Shown: positions 18,462 to 27,418 of the stretch, one piece after another
Position numbering within the stretch: the stretch's first letter is position 1
How the letters are laid out: each line of letters opens with the position of its first letter
Program-made: the position numbers and the translations under genes
The notes under the pieces: model-generated
The model's database searches: none
The model's input: only the letters and a program-made list of their open reading frames with translations
What the model was told of the DNA's origin: nothing
IMG/VR virus record: IMGVR_UViG_3300044627_003499
Location: 21,711 to 85,710 of that record
Length of the DNA stretch: 64,000 nucleotides
Strand: one strand, 5' to 3'
Source: a virus

Positions 18462-19448
18462 TCATTCCATTACAAATAATTTGTTTGCAACGGTCTGAGG
18501 CTGAGCTTGGTTCAGGACGCGCCAGGCATTCTGAGGATCGCGATTCATCATCTCGCCAAAAGTGCCCCAGAAATTCTCAGGTGCTTGCGGAGCAGCAGCT
18601 GTCGGGGGAGCAGGGAAGTTGCCAGCTTGGAACTGACCAATCGACTGAGTCGGATAACCGCGTGTCTCAAGTTCCTGCTCGTTTTCGTACACAGGGTACG
18701 GACCTTCAGGACCAAAGAACTTAAGCGTGTAATCGCTCAGGACATCGGGATTGGTAAGGATCTCGTTGTAGGCAAGATTCTCTTGGTGCTCGTTAACAGC
18801 GAAATTAGCGTAACCCTTGATGGTATCAGCTGCGCGGTTTCCCCACGCGACGGCGCTGTCCAGCATTTGCTCCAGGTTTAGAGCGTAGTTGTTCAGCACT
18901 GCCGGAGCTTCGATCCCGAACGCGTCCATCACGTACCGACTGTCCTGGCTCATTCCCAGGAGGTCCGCCATTTGAATTGCCGCCTCCTGCAAGGATTGAT
19001 TGGAGGAGGTTGGGGAATAGCTGGGCGAGTATGCCTGGTTGGGAGACCAAGTCTGCGGAGCCGATTGTTGCGTAGCTTGGCTGCTGTACTGTCCGTAATT
19101 GGCCGGGGTATACGCCGTCGTCGGCGGCGATGGTTGACCCTGGAACGGGGATTGGACTGGTGCGCTCAGCAGATTCACCACCTTGTTGAACGCCGATTCC
19201 CAGGGATTCCCCGCCGAGTCCACCGCCGGTTGGGATTGGGGGGCGTACTGAGTAGGGCTGGATTGGTAGCTGGGGGCTGCCTGAGGTACCGCTTGGGGGT
19301 AACTGGTACCCACCTGATACGCCACCGGAGCCGGAGCCTGGTAACTGGCCGGAGCTGCTTGCGGTGCTGCCACCACGTAGCTGCTCGGCGCGACGGCCGC
19401 TGGTGCTTGGCTCGTCTGTGGGATCGATTGGACGGTAGCGTCCTGCAT
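18462..19448 (-). CDS. capsid scaffolding protein
   Basis: Low-complexity P/Q/A/S-rich ORF between portal and MCP; AAGGAG SD upstream. Confidence 0.7.
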   Translation of the reverse strand: MQDATVQSIPQTSQAPAAVAPSSYVVAAPQAAPASYQAPAPVAYQVGTSYPQAVPQAAPSYQSSPTQYAPQSQPAVDSAGNPWESAFNKVVNLLSAPVQSPFQGQPSPPTTAYTPANYGQYSSQATQQSAPQTWSPNQAYSPSYSPTSSNQSLQEAAIQMADLLGMSQDSRYVMDAFGIEAPAVLNNYALNLEQMLDSAVAWGNRAADTIKGYANFAVNEHQENLAYNEILTNPDVLSDYTLKFFGPEGPYPVYENEQELETRGYPTQSIGQFQAGNFPAPPTAAAPQAPENFWGTFGEMMNRDPQNAWRVLNQAQPQTVANKLFVME

Positions 19449-21198
19449 AACTCATCTCCTTTTGTAAAGCTTCTAAAGTGCGATATAGATAGGGTGTTAA
19501 ATCTAATCGCGGGTCCGCAGCCATCGGTAAGTCCGGTGATTGCGGATGGGGAGTTTGCATCATTCCCCCCACAAGGCGAGCAAATTGAGAGTATGCACCC
19601 TGCAATTCATTCACCATTCTGAACGGAAACCCAGATAACATCTCGGCCCGTTCCTCATCCGTCTTGGACGGGAAGAGGTATTTCAGTGCCTCAATGCTAT
19701 CAACACCTAACTCTTGTAAGTTGCGCACCACGATGGAGTTGTTCAGTATGTCTTGAGTGGAATCCTCATACACAGGGCCAAGCCAACGCCACTGCATGGT
19801 CACATCGCCATCTGGAATTAAACCAGAAACACCGGGCGGGATCTGCTGCGTTTGAAGGCAAGCCATCATCAACTGCTTGACCTGATCATCAAATGCACTC
19901 ATGGCATCGTTGTACGCTGCCAAGTCTTCCGCACTAGATTCCTCTGGAAGATCCAGGGGTTTTTCTAATCCTGCAGCAGCGGCAAGCGTTTCTTTGAACA
20001 GACGTTCTTCTTGGTAGATAATTAGCTCAAAACAACGGCAAATGCCGTAAGTGTAAATAGCAATTGCCTTTTTCTTGGACGTGGCAGAAACACGACCAAA
20101 CAATGACTTGTACTCAGTTGCAGTCACGCCTGCAGAAATTGACAGTTCGTCAACGCCGCCCAGGGCAGTGCGAATTTCTTCTCGGTACTGACGTGCGAAA
20201 GAATTCTGGTCGCCAGTGATGGCATCAGGAACAATGTAACCAACACGGTCGTTTGGTTCCAGGTTTGCAATGACGCGTGGAACTCGGATCTGTCCGTCAA
20301 CACCACGGTGAATGGGATCAGCCTTGAAGCGGGATTGACTCAGTCCACTGGGGCCACTAAACCCAGAGTTGGCTGCGATAGAAGGACGCTGGACAACGTT
20401 CTCGCCACCGGCCTCCATCAAGTCAGTCTTAGGCCTAGATGAAAGAAGCGTAGGGTTACCAAAGAACTGCACGTTCTTACGCATGGTGCGAACCATTTCA
20501 TCATGCGTGCAGATGTGATTGGCTAACGCTTCAAATTCACCAACACCTTCAGTAGAGAAACCTTTGACGTTATGGAAAATTTCTACGCAAGGAATAAAGC
20601 CCAGCGTATTTATGAACGTTTTTGTTCTACCGAAATTTGCTTGGTAGTTGCTATCAAACGACAGCTCGCCTTCCGAGTGTGTTTCTTCAATCGTTTTGCG
20701 TTTGATTGAAAGGCGAATGTAACGCTTTGCACCGCCCTGCCCCATGGTGGCCGGACCACTTAAACTTGCGGAATCGATGTCCTGCTGGTAACCAAACCCG
20801 TTCTTGACCTTGTAGCTGTAGATGATTACAACTTCATCAAGCTCGCCATCAATGTTGTAATAGCTACGATATTCATGCTTACGAAAGTAGTAAAGACGAT
20901 AGTTATTCTGAGTTGGACGAATGTAAAAAAGACCTTGTCCATCACAAAGTGAATAATCCCAGATCGAATCGAAGCGGATGTCGAGAGAGTTGTATTTAAT
21001 TACACGATCAATAAAGTCTTTGCGCTGATTGCCAAAGTTATCCTGCACAGGAAAAAACTCGACACCCTGGCGGATGCCGAATAATTTCATCTGCGCTAGG
21101 TGTGAAGCTACGACGCCAGTGTCAATCATTGACCCGCCGTCTTTTTCAAGATACGAGTCAATAATTTCCTTGAGTCTAGACTTAGCGTCGACGGCCAT
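18826..21198 (-). CDS. portal protein
   Basis: 790 aa between terminase and scaffold; NTLGFIPCVEI motif; C-terminal about 200 aa overlaps the scaffold gene. Confidence 0.8.
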   Translation of the reverse strand: MAVDAKSRLKEIIDSYLEKDGGSMIDTGVVASHLAQMKLFGIRQGVEFFPVQDNFGNQRKDFIDRVIKYNSLDIRFDSIWDYSLCDGQGLFYIRPTQNNYRLYYFRKHEYRSYYNIDGELDEVVIIYSYKVKNGFGYQQDIDSASLSGPATMGQGGAKRYIRLSIKRKTIEETHSEGELSFDSNYQANFGRTKTFINTLGFIPCVEIFHNVKGFSTEGVGEFEALANHICTHDEMVRTMRKNVQFFGNPTLLSSRPKTDLMEAGGENVVQRPSIAANSGFSGPSGLSQSRFKADPIHRGVDGQIRVPRVIANLEPNDRVGYIVPDAITGDQNSFARQYREEIRTALGGVDELSISAGVTATEYKSLFGRVSATSKKKAIAIYTYGICRCFELIIYQEERLFKETLAAAAGLEKPLDLPEESSAEDLAAYNDAMSAFDDQVKQLMMACLQTQQIPPGVSGLIPDGDVTMQWRWLGPVYEDSTQDILNNSIVVRNLQELGVDSIEALKYLFPSKTDEERAEMLSGFPFRMVNELQGAYSQFARLVGGMMQTPHPQSPDLPMAADPRLDLTPYLYRTLEALQKEMSYAGRYRPIDPTDEPSTSGRRAEQLRGGSTASSSGQLPGSGSGGVSGGYQLPPSGTSGSPQLPIQPYSVRPPIPTGGGLGGESLGIGVQQGGESAERTSPIPVPGSTIAADDGVYPGQLRTVQQPSYATIGSADLVSQPGILAQLFPNLLQSILAGGGNSNGGPPGNEPGQSVRDGRVRDRSSGSAEQLRSKPGANAGQRRRVGKPRS

Positions 21199-21344
21199 TA
21201 ACTATTTTCCTTTTTCTTTGACTCAATCTTAGCAGCTTTTGCCTGCTTCTTAAGGTCTAACCATTTGCCAAAATACACCAGTTCGGCAGAGGAATAAAGC
21301 TCTGGATGATGCAGCGCTTGCTTTACAAGTTTTTTAGTTTTCAT
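21198..21344 (-). CDS. small basic protein (48 aa)
   Basis: MKTKKLVKQALHHPELYSSAELVYFGKWL..., coupled to the portal by TAATG. Confidence 0.6.
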   Translation of the reverse strand: MKTKKLVKQALHHPELYSSAELVYFGKWLDLKKQAKAAKIESKKKENS

Positions 21345-21353
21345 AGCGTTTCC

Positions 21354-21677
21354 TCACGAAACAAATTTGGAATTAAACCCAGCTTGGCCGAGCTGATAAG
21401 CGTCGACCATCCCCTGGATATTACCGATAGCGCCAGGTAAATTGCTGGAACCAAACGCCATAGGGAGCTGAGGGCCAGCTCCGGGCTTGATGCCGCGTCT
21501 CATTAGCTCGTCGTTGAGTTGTTGATTTTGTTGTGTACCGCCTTCATATAAACGACGCAGTTGTTCACCCGACCTACCACCCAACGCACCTGGTGTACGC
21601 CTAATATCAAAACTTGGGTTACCAGCAAGTAAATTACCGGGGGCCCCAGGGACGTTAGATTCTCCGCCGTAATACAT
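21354..21677 (-). CDS. hypothetical protein
   Basis: 107-aa Gly-rich ORF. Confidence 0.55.
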   Translation of the reverse strand: MYYGGESNVPGAPGNLLAGNPSFDIRRTPGALGGRSGEQLRRLYEGGTQQNQQLNDELMRRGIKPGAGPQLPMAFGSSNLPGAIGNIQGMVDAYQLGQAGFNSKFVS

Positions 21678-21701
21678 GTGACTATCTGGTTTTCCCTTAT
21701 T

Positions 21702-21884
21702 CTAGTCCTCTAAAACTTCGTAACCTGAAGCGTCATTTACCTTGGAAATTACGATACCTTCGCCGCGTACATCCCAATTTAAAACATCGCCTTCTTGCCA
21801 ACCCAACTCTTCGATCACTTCGTCGGGCAAAATAATGTATTGATCTCCGTTTTCGTCCTCTTGTACTTCAAGAATGTAGCTCAT
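21702..21884 (-). CDS. AbrB/MazE/SpoVT-type DNA-binding protein
   Basis: IILPDEVIEELGWQEGDVLNW swapped-hairpin motif. Confidence 0.75.
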   Translation of the reverse strand: MSYILEVQEDENGDQYIILPDEVIEELGWQEGDVLNWDVRGEGIVISKVNDASGYEVLED

Positions 21885-22153
21885 TTGGTCAAAAGCTTTT
21901 CCATCAGTTTATCAAGCTTATTATTGATCTCGCGAAAATTGTTGTGCATTTCTTGAATTTCCCTTAAGAAGTCCACCTTGAGCACGTAGTCCAGTGGCAT
22001 GCGGTTGACCTGGTCTTCCAAGAGGTCCACCCTTCGGTTTTGTGAATTAATTCTTTCGCCCAGGCGACTCATAAGCTTACTCATTACCCAGGAGCCACCT
22101 GTCGCAGCTGAGATCACTGCCGTAAGAGCAATAGCTAAATACTCTGGTCCCAC
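21881..22153 (-). CDS. membrane-anchored coiled-coil protein (possible holin/lysis protein)
   Basis: N-terminal hydrophobic helix followed by a coiled coil. Confidence 0.5.
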   Translation of the reverse strand: MGPEYLAIALTAVISAATGGSWVMSKLMSRLGERINSQNRRVDLLEDQVNRMPLDYVLKVDFLREIQEMHNNFREINNKLDKLMEKLLTK

Positions 22154-22182
22154 GAATCCAAGGTTTTTTAATATTCTAAGAG

Positions 22183-22243
22183 TCAGTAATCGAGGTGAAG
22201 CTGTCCTTTTCTTGCTAATCCGGTAACGAGCCAGACGAGAGCG
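22183..22243 (-). pseudogene. orphan duplicate 3' end of the terminase gene (ALVWLVTGLARKGQLHLDY*)
   Basis: Same last 19 aa and stop as the terminase at 22702-22761, with synonymous differences; starts directly after the HNH stop codon. Confidence 0.9.
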
Positions 22244-22705
22244 TTAAAGATTGTGTTTAATACAGAGCTTATTGAAAGCTTCTATATCATGCGTTTTGAT
22301 GCGATGACAGTTGGCGCATAAAACTTGGCATTTTAAAATTTCTTCTTTTATTGTTTCAATGTTTCTAGACGACATTCTTGAAACACCTTCAACTTTAGAG
22401 CTTGGATCAAGATGATCAAAGTCGAGGGCATAAGCACTTTCTTTGTAACCACAGCAAGCGCAACCTTGTTTTAGTTTTTCTTCATGAATAATTTTTATGT
22501 TTTTGCTATGGTTTTCTCTTACACTTTTTTTGTAGTATTCTTTGCGCTTTTCCCATGACTCTGGGGACAGCCAATTCATTTGATATGTACCATCTTTATT
22601 TATGCGTGATTTTCTTCTATAGGCAAGAAATATCCGGCCATCTGGACCAACTTCGCCATACTTCCAAGGCTCGCCTGTTTCTGGGTTTGTTCGTTCCATT
22701 TTCAA
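22244..22705 (-). CDS. free-standing HNH homing endonuclease
   Basis: CACCGY...LDFDH...EILKCQVLCANCHRIKT; AT-rich; paralogue of 15411-15854. Confidence 0.85.
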   Translation of the reverse strand: MKMERTNPETGEPWKYGEVGPDGRIFLAYRRKSRINKDGTYQMNWLSPESWEKRKEYYKKSVRENHSKNIKIIHEEKLKQGCACCGYKESAYALDFDHLDPSSKVEGVSRMSSRNIETIKEEILKCQVLCANCHRIKTHDIEAFNKLCIKHNL

Positions 22706-24231
22706 TAATCAAGATGTAACTGACCTTTTCGGGCAAGGCCTGTTACTAACCATACTAATGCATCAATACAATCGTCGTGACTACTTACGCCAAAGTTGGT
22801 AAGCTCTTCAAACATATTGGTGAAGTTACGAAAACGATTGAAGATGATCTTGCGGTCCTCAAACATTCCCATAATGCCACGGAAACGAGCCAACTTATCT
22901 GCCCTGAAACCTTTGACGGGATGCCAAATTAAATTGTAGAGGCCTTCATTGTTCAAGCAAACACGCTTGAAGTCTGCCTCCAGAGAAGCCTGATACTGTA
23001 CGGCCTCACTCCAAATATCACACGTTGAATAGCTGGGGTAATACAAACCGCTTTGTTCGTCTTTGGCAATCACTGACCAATCATTCAACAACTCCTTGAG
23101 GGCATCAAGTTTTTCAAGGTTACCCATGACGCGAATACGTCGGTAATCAATGATATGAATGCGGTCGCCAATGCGACCACCGAGAATCATAACTGTGTAA
23201 TCGTTTTTCTCTTTAGTGCCAGCGGAGAGGTCAACCCCAACCCCAAGGGCGTCAAACTCCGTTGCAATTTCCGCTTTTACAATTAACTCCGGAGCCAGCG
23301 AAAGTTCGTTCTGCCGGATGACTTGATTCATGTACTGGAACGAGAAAGCAATTGGTGCCTGCCGTTTTTTCTCCTTCAGGTAATCCAATGACCACATGTC
23401 TGGCCAATACGATTCCTCTTCGCCGGAAATGGGATTGTTTTGAATTGCTGAAAGGATAATCTGTTGCCAGTTGTTTTGTTCATTAAATGTTGTGGAGTGA
23501 ATGTCATCGTGTCTGAAGCGAGTACCAAGGCAGATTGCTCGTGCACCTTCAAACATGGTGGGTGCAATCACAGCATTCCAGTTGTCCTGCATCTGTTTCC
23601 TGATGTCAGGGTTGGCAATATCTGCGGCTGACTTGATGGCGTCATCAATCATGACCAAGTGCGAACGCTTGGAAGTCACCGAACCCTTGAGGCCTGCTGC
23701 GCAAAGCGTAAACTGTTCGTCGCCTGTTACGTCAATGCCAGCAAACTTGTGATCAATTGACCAGTACTCATTACTGGTGGCGTTCTTCAGAAGGCGAACT
23801 TTAGGGAAAACTTCTTGGTATCGTTTGCTTTCAATGATGCGTTTAATGGTGGAAGATTTGGAACGAGCGATGTCAACGGTGTAGGACAGATACAGAATCT
23901 GCAGTGGCAACCCTGCGTGCGTATGGATGCCAATGGCCCACGCCGTAAGCAGACCCAACACTGTGGACTTGGCAGAACCCCTGGGCGCCAGGAGATCCAC
24001 ATTGGGACCAGCGATCTTAATGAGGCAACTGCTGTCCTCCTCTGTGACGAAGTGTCGATGCCAGTTGAGGTGATGAGCAGCCGGTGGTTTATCTGCTACG
24101 TATTCACAGAAGAAGCCAAAATCTTCCTGGGCTTTCTTCAGTGCTTCTGCGTTACGTGGCTTGCGTATTTGCTGTCTGCGTGCGGCGGCTTGAGCATTGC
24201 GGCGGTAAGCAAGATGCGTATAGCTTGGCAC
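22702..24231 (-). CDS. terL: terminase large subunit
   Basis: Walker A APRGSAKS, Walker B VMIDD, GTRF..DD, nuclease GVDLS...DYT and HDDCIDAL motifs. Confidence 0.95.
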   Translation of the reverse strand: MPSYTHLAYRRNAQAAARRQQIRKPRNAEALKKAQEDFGFFCEYVADKPPAAHHLNWHRHFVTEEDSSCLIKIAGPNVDLLAPRGSAKSTVLGLLTAWAIGIHTHAGLPLQILYLSYTVDIARSKSSTIKRIIESKRYQEVFPKVRLLKNATSNEYWSIDHKFAGIDVTGDEQFTLCAAGLKGSVTSKRSHLVMIDDAIKSAADIANPDIRKQMQDNWNAVIAPTMFEGARAICLGTRFRHDDIHSTTFNEQNNWQQIILSAIQNNPISGEEESYWPDMWSLDYLKEKKRQAPIAFSFQYMNQVIRQNELSLAPELIVKAEIATEFDALGVGVDLSAGTKEKNDYTVMILGGRIGDRIHIIDYRRIRVMGNLEKLDALKELLNDWSVIAKDEQSGLYYPSYSTCDIWSEAVQYQASLEADFKRVCLNNEGLYNLIWHPVKGFRADKLARFRGIMGMFEDRKIIFNRFRNFTNMFEELTNFGVSSHDDCIDALVWLVTGLARKGQLHLDY

Positions 24232-24263
24232 AGCAGTAATTCAGAGTATTACTGAATACTACC

Positions 24264-24428
24264 TTACTTTTTGTCTTCTTGTTTTTTGGCCTTTTGCTTT
24301 TGATACTTACGTGCTTTTTCTAAAGCGGCCTTACGCTTTTCCTTGTCCGACATCTCAGTGCCGTCTTCTTTCTTTGCATCTTTTTTCTTAAGGTGCGCAA
24401 GAAACTGCGGAGGAACTTTACCAGCCAT
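24264..24428 (-). CDS. small Lys-rich protein (54 aa)
   Basis: MAGKVPPQFLAHLKKKDAKKEDGTEMSDKEKRKAALEKARKY..., read by eye. Confidence 0.6.
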   Translation of the reverse strand: MAGKVPPQFLAHLKKKDAKKEDGTEMSDKEKRKAALEKARKYQKQKAKKQEDKK

Positions 24429-24482
24429 TTAAATCAGTTATCTGTTAACAATGTTGTATTGCACTTTAATATTTTAAGGCAG

Positions 24483-25142
24483 TTATTCGTCAAGTTGCAT
24501 TTTTGCCCACACACTCATGGTCGCTTCTTCCAGGGGGATCTCGATGGGATCATCCTTGAAGACGGATAGGAGTTCACGAATGGCACGATCGGCACCAGCC
24601 ATTAACAGACCTTTGCGATCTTTCATGCCAGTGAATCGGTCAATTTGTTCGATGTGACCACGGATTTCTTTTTGCATTGACGCAATGCGGGCAACGCCTG
24701 CATCACGTTTAACATTGCCGTTCTCAACATCTTCACGGAGTTTGCGAACATCCTCCTGCATCTCGTCAATTTCATACAGAAGTTTTTGACGATGATCGGC
24801 CTTAGGGTAATTGTTTTGGACCCAAAGCTCACACGCAGTAATGCTACCTGTATACCGTAGGAACCGGGCATACAAGTAGACTTCGACTACGGAATAGTTG
24901 TTGCTAGCAAAAGAGCAAAATGTTTCCTGAGTTGACGCATCGAGATTGTCAACCCAGGAATCAAATAACTCAATATCGATAAGCTCGTTGGGCCTGCCCG
25001 TAATCCCGCTCTTCGTCGCGTTGCTTGAACTGCTGGCCTTGTTCGGCAGAGCTACGTTGTTCTTCTGCGCCCTTACCGATGGTTTCACGTTCTTGTTCAC
25101 CAGCAGTCTCCATTTTTTTCTTGGAAAATTCGTAAGCCACAC
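24483..25142 (-). CDS. helical protein, possible terminase small subunit; start uncertain
   Basis: Coiled-coil ORF upstream of terL; 5' part overlaps 24970-25218 in another frame. Confidence 0.5.
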   Translation of the reverse strand: MWLTNFPRKKWRLLVNKNVKPSVRAQKNNVALPNKASSSSNATKSGITGRPNELIDIELFDSWVDNLDASTQETFCSFASNNYSVVEVYLYARFLRYTGSITACELWVQNNYPKADHRQKLLYEIDEMQEDVRKLREDVENGNVKRDAGVARIASMQKEIRGHIEQIDRFTGMKDRKGLLMAGADRAIRELLSVFKDDPIEIPLEEATMSVWAKMQLDE

Positions 25143-25218
25143 CAGCAGCCTGGCGGTACTTGTCTAGATCAAACCAGTCGTCAACGTCTGTTTGACCAGA
25201 GGGTACACTGCTTGTCAT
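24970..25218 (-). CDS. hypothetical protein
   Basis: 82-aa ORF; WFDLDKYRQ resembles the upstream small protein. Confidence 0.6.
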   Translation of the reverse strand: MTSSVPSGQTDVDDWFDLDKYRQAAGVAYEFSKKKMETAGEQERETIGKGAEEQRSSAEQGQQFKQRDEERDYGQAQRAYRY

Positions 25219-25243
25219 GGCTTAGATAGTTTACAAGAAAAAA

Positions 25244-25420
25244 TCAGAAATTGGACATCATTGAAGCCAAACCTTGAGCATAAATGTCACGGCGGCTTTC
25301 AAGGGATTTTTGGCGCTGTTGACGACCCTTAGAACCTTCAAGCCGTTCAAGTAACTGCTCAAACTTGTTGATGTCAAAATAGTTGTCGTTAGGATCTTGA
25401 CCAGTAGGAGTGGCAGACAT
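25244..25420 (-). CDS. hypothetical protein (58 aa)
   Basis: MSATPTGQDPNDNYFDINKFEQLLERLEGSKGRQQRQKS..., read by eye. Confidence 0.6.
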   Translation of the reverse strand: MSATPTGQDPNDNYFDINKFEQLLERLEGSKGRQQRQKSLESRRDIYAQGLASMMSNF

Positions 25421-25476
25421 CTAAATATCTTGCGGACTAAAACGATTATAACAAGGGTAATTTAACTGGAAATAGA

Positions 25477-26370
25477 TTAGCTCCAGAAACCAGAAACAAG
25501 GTTTGATGCCACACTGCCAAAGGAATTAATCTTGGCAACTTCTTTGGAGCCTTCATTTTTCAACTTCTGGGTTTCTTTGTCGATCTCCCCTTGAAGGTTG
25601 GTCAACCCGGCGCTGTAAAGATACTTGCGGGTGTCACGTACGTTTTGTAGGTTCTCTTCAATTTCACTGGGAGTCCCCGTGAAGCTATCAGCAAAGTTTG
25701 GCAGCTGGACCCCAGCCCTTGCTTTGGTTGCGTCTGCGTAAGTAGGAAGAAAATTTTTGTCAAATTTAAAAGTACGTTGTCCTGTTTTCTTGCCAGCAGC
25801 GTCAGTCGCCTGCTTGCCATACATTGTGTCGTAGTAGTTATCAAGATAGCTATTGTTGAACTTATCTTGATACTCAGTACTCTTTGCAAGAGAATCTCGA
25901 AGATCTTGGACGGTACTGTAGTAGCCCTGATTAAAACGTTCCAGTGCTTCTGTTTTTTCTTCTTCTTTAGCCTCTCGACCCAATACTTCTTTATACGCAG
26001 ACGTAATGCCTGTGGCACGCCGACCAGGGAGGAGTTCTTTCGTATAGATATCCGTCAATCCGGCAACGTCTTGCTCCGGTGGAGAAAGATCATATTTGGA
26101 TGCATAATCACGTAATTGTGACGCTGCATCGTTGTACGAAATTAAACCCTGACGAAGTTGAGATTCAATTCCGGAACGCATTCCGGAGTATGCAGCTGCA
26201 CCAGATGATTTACGTGCCTCGGCGGCTGCTTTTTGTTCTGCTTTTTCCGTATCAGCACGCTGCTCTGCACGCGCCTCTCTTTCTTGCTGGTACTTTAAAT
26301 ACTCAGCAAAAGTATTGTCCCTTGGAATTTCAGGGGATTTGTATTCAACCCTAGTGCCGCCGCCACCCAT
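25477..26370 (-). CDS. putative internal virion protein
   Basis: 297-aa helical ORF in the late block. Confidence 0.6.
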   Translation of the reverse strand: MGGGGTRVEYKSPEIPRDNTFAEYLKYQQEREARAEQRADTEKAEQKAAAEARKSSGAAAYSGMRSGIESQLRQGLISYNDAASQLRDYASKYDLSPPEQDVAGLTDIYTKELLPGRRATGITSAYKEVLGREAKEEEKTEALERFNQGYYSTVQDLRDSLAKSTEYQDKFNNSYLDNYYDTMYGKQATDAAGKKTGQRTFKFDKNFLPTYADATKARAGVQLPNFADSFTGTPSEIEENLQNVRDTRKYLYSAGLTNLQGEIDKETQKLKNEGSKEVAKINSFGSVASNLVSGFWS

Positions 26371-26380
26371 GATTTAATCC

Positions 26381-26968
26381 TCAAACGAACGTTGTGCTCA
26401 AATTAGGTCTAGCAATGGGACCAAACATGCCAGCCATAACGGCTTCTTTTTCAGCCAGGGAACGATTTAACGCAGCCCTGTTTTCTCTTTGACTTTGCTC
26501 GCGTGCTTCAAGAGAATTTTCAAGGGCAAAACCACGGCGAGCACGATCAGATAAAGTAGCTGATTCCATTTCAGCAAGTGGGCCCCGTTCAAACTTCTTC
26601 GCAAACATCTGCCTGCCAAGTTCCAGGTCTGGCATCCAGGTGCCTTGTGCGGTGCGGCCTGCCATTTCCTGGGCAGCTTGGCCATATCCTTGTTCGCGGC
26701 CAAGCATCACCTGCCATTTGAGCTGGTCGGCCCCAAGCCTCATCTTTGCATTGGCAACTTGTGCTTGCGTATCAGCTGCTCTATTTGCGCCAAATAGAGA
26801 AGCAAGTGCGCTTCCGCCAGCCAAACCTAATGTAATCGGATCAAAAGCCATTTTTCCTCTTTTACTTACTCCTTTGCTTAAACTCCCTGTATTTTCACCA
26901 AAAGCAACTGGGGTAAACGAATTAAAGTTTGTGTTGCTAAAAGAAGAAAGATAGTTGGGAAATTCCAT
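26381..26968 (-). CDS. putative DNA pilot/ejection-type virion protein
   Basis: DPITLGLAGGSALASLFGA Gly/Ala segment followed by Q/A-rich helices. Confidence 0.55.
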   Translation of the reverse strand: MEFPNYLSSFSNTNFNSFTPVAFGENTGSLSKGVSKRGKMAFDPITLGLAGGSALASLFGANRAADTQAQVANAKMRLGADQLKWQVMLGREQGYGQAAQEMAGRTAQGTWMPDLELGRQMFAKKFERGPLAEMESATLSDRARRGFALENSLEAREQSQRENRAALNRSLAEKEAVMAGMFGPIARPNLSTTFV

Positions 26969-26992
26969 TTCTACAGTCTACTGTCATTCACA

Positions 26993-27418
26993 TTAGAAAT
27001 AACGATTCGGACTGAAGTTAAACGAACCGCGTTGATAGTTTGTCAACTGAGGAATGTTTGCAGCACCCTGGGACATCATTTGCGCAATATCAGCTGCACC
27101 TTGGGCTTGAATCCTGGAGGGAACAGAGTATGCGTTGATCAGCGTATTTGGTAAATCAAACAGGGCTTTGTATTTACCAGCTTCCCTCATGCGATCTTTG
27201 TCAAGTTCATTTGCAAGAGTTAAGCGTTTGCTGATTTCTTCTGTACTGTTTAAACGTTCCACTCGCTCCAGCAATCCTCCAAACAGCTCCGAGTCTGGAG
27301 ACCTTTCTGGATATAAACGCTTTAAAACAAAATCTTGCTGCTCAGGAGTTAAACCCTTAAGTTGATCAAGGTCACTTCTAAATTTTGTTAAATCAAAAGG
27401 TGATTGGGTCATGATCAA
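26993..27418 (-). CDS. hypothetical protein
   Basis: 141-aa ORF coupled to its neighbours. Confidence 0.6.
   Translation of the reverse strand: MIMTQSPFDLTKFRSDLDQLKGLTPEQQDFVLKRLYPERSPDSELFGGLLERVERLNSTEEISKRLTLANELDKDRMREAGKYKALFDLPNTLINAYSVPSRIQAQGAADIAQMMSQGAANIPQLTNYQRGSFNFSPNRYF

Noticed and set aside
22183-22761. Group I intron or intein in terL
   Set aside because: terL is complete with its own stop, the HNH fills the insert leaving no room for a ribozyme core, and there are no intein motifs
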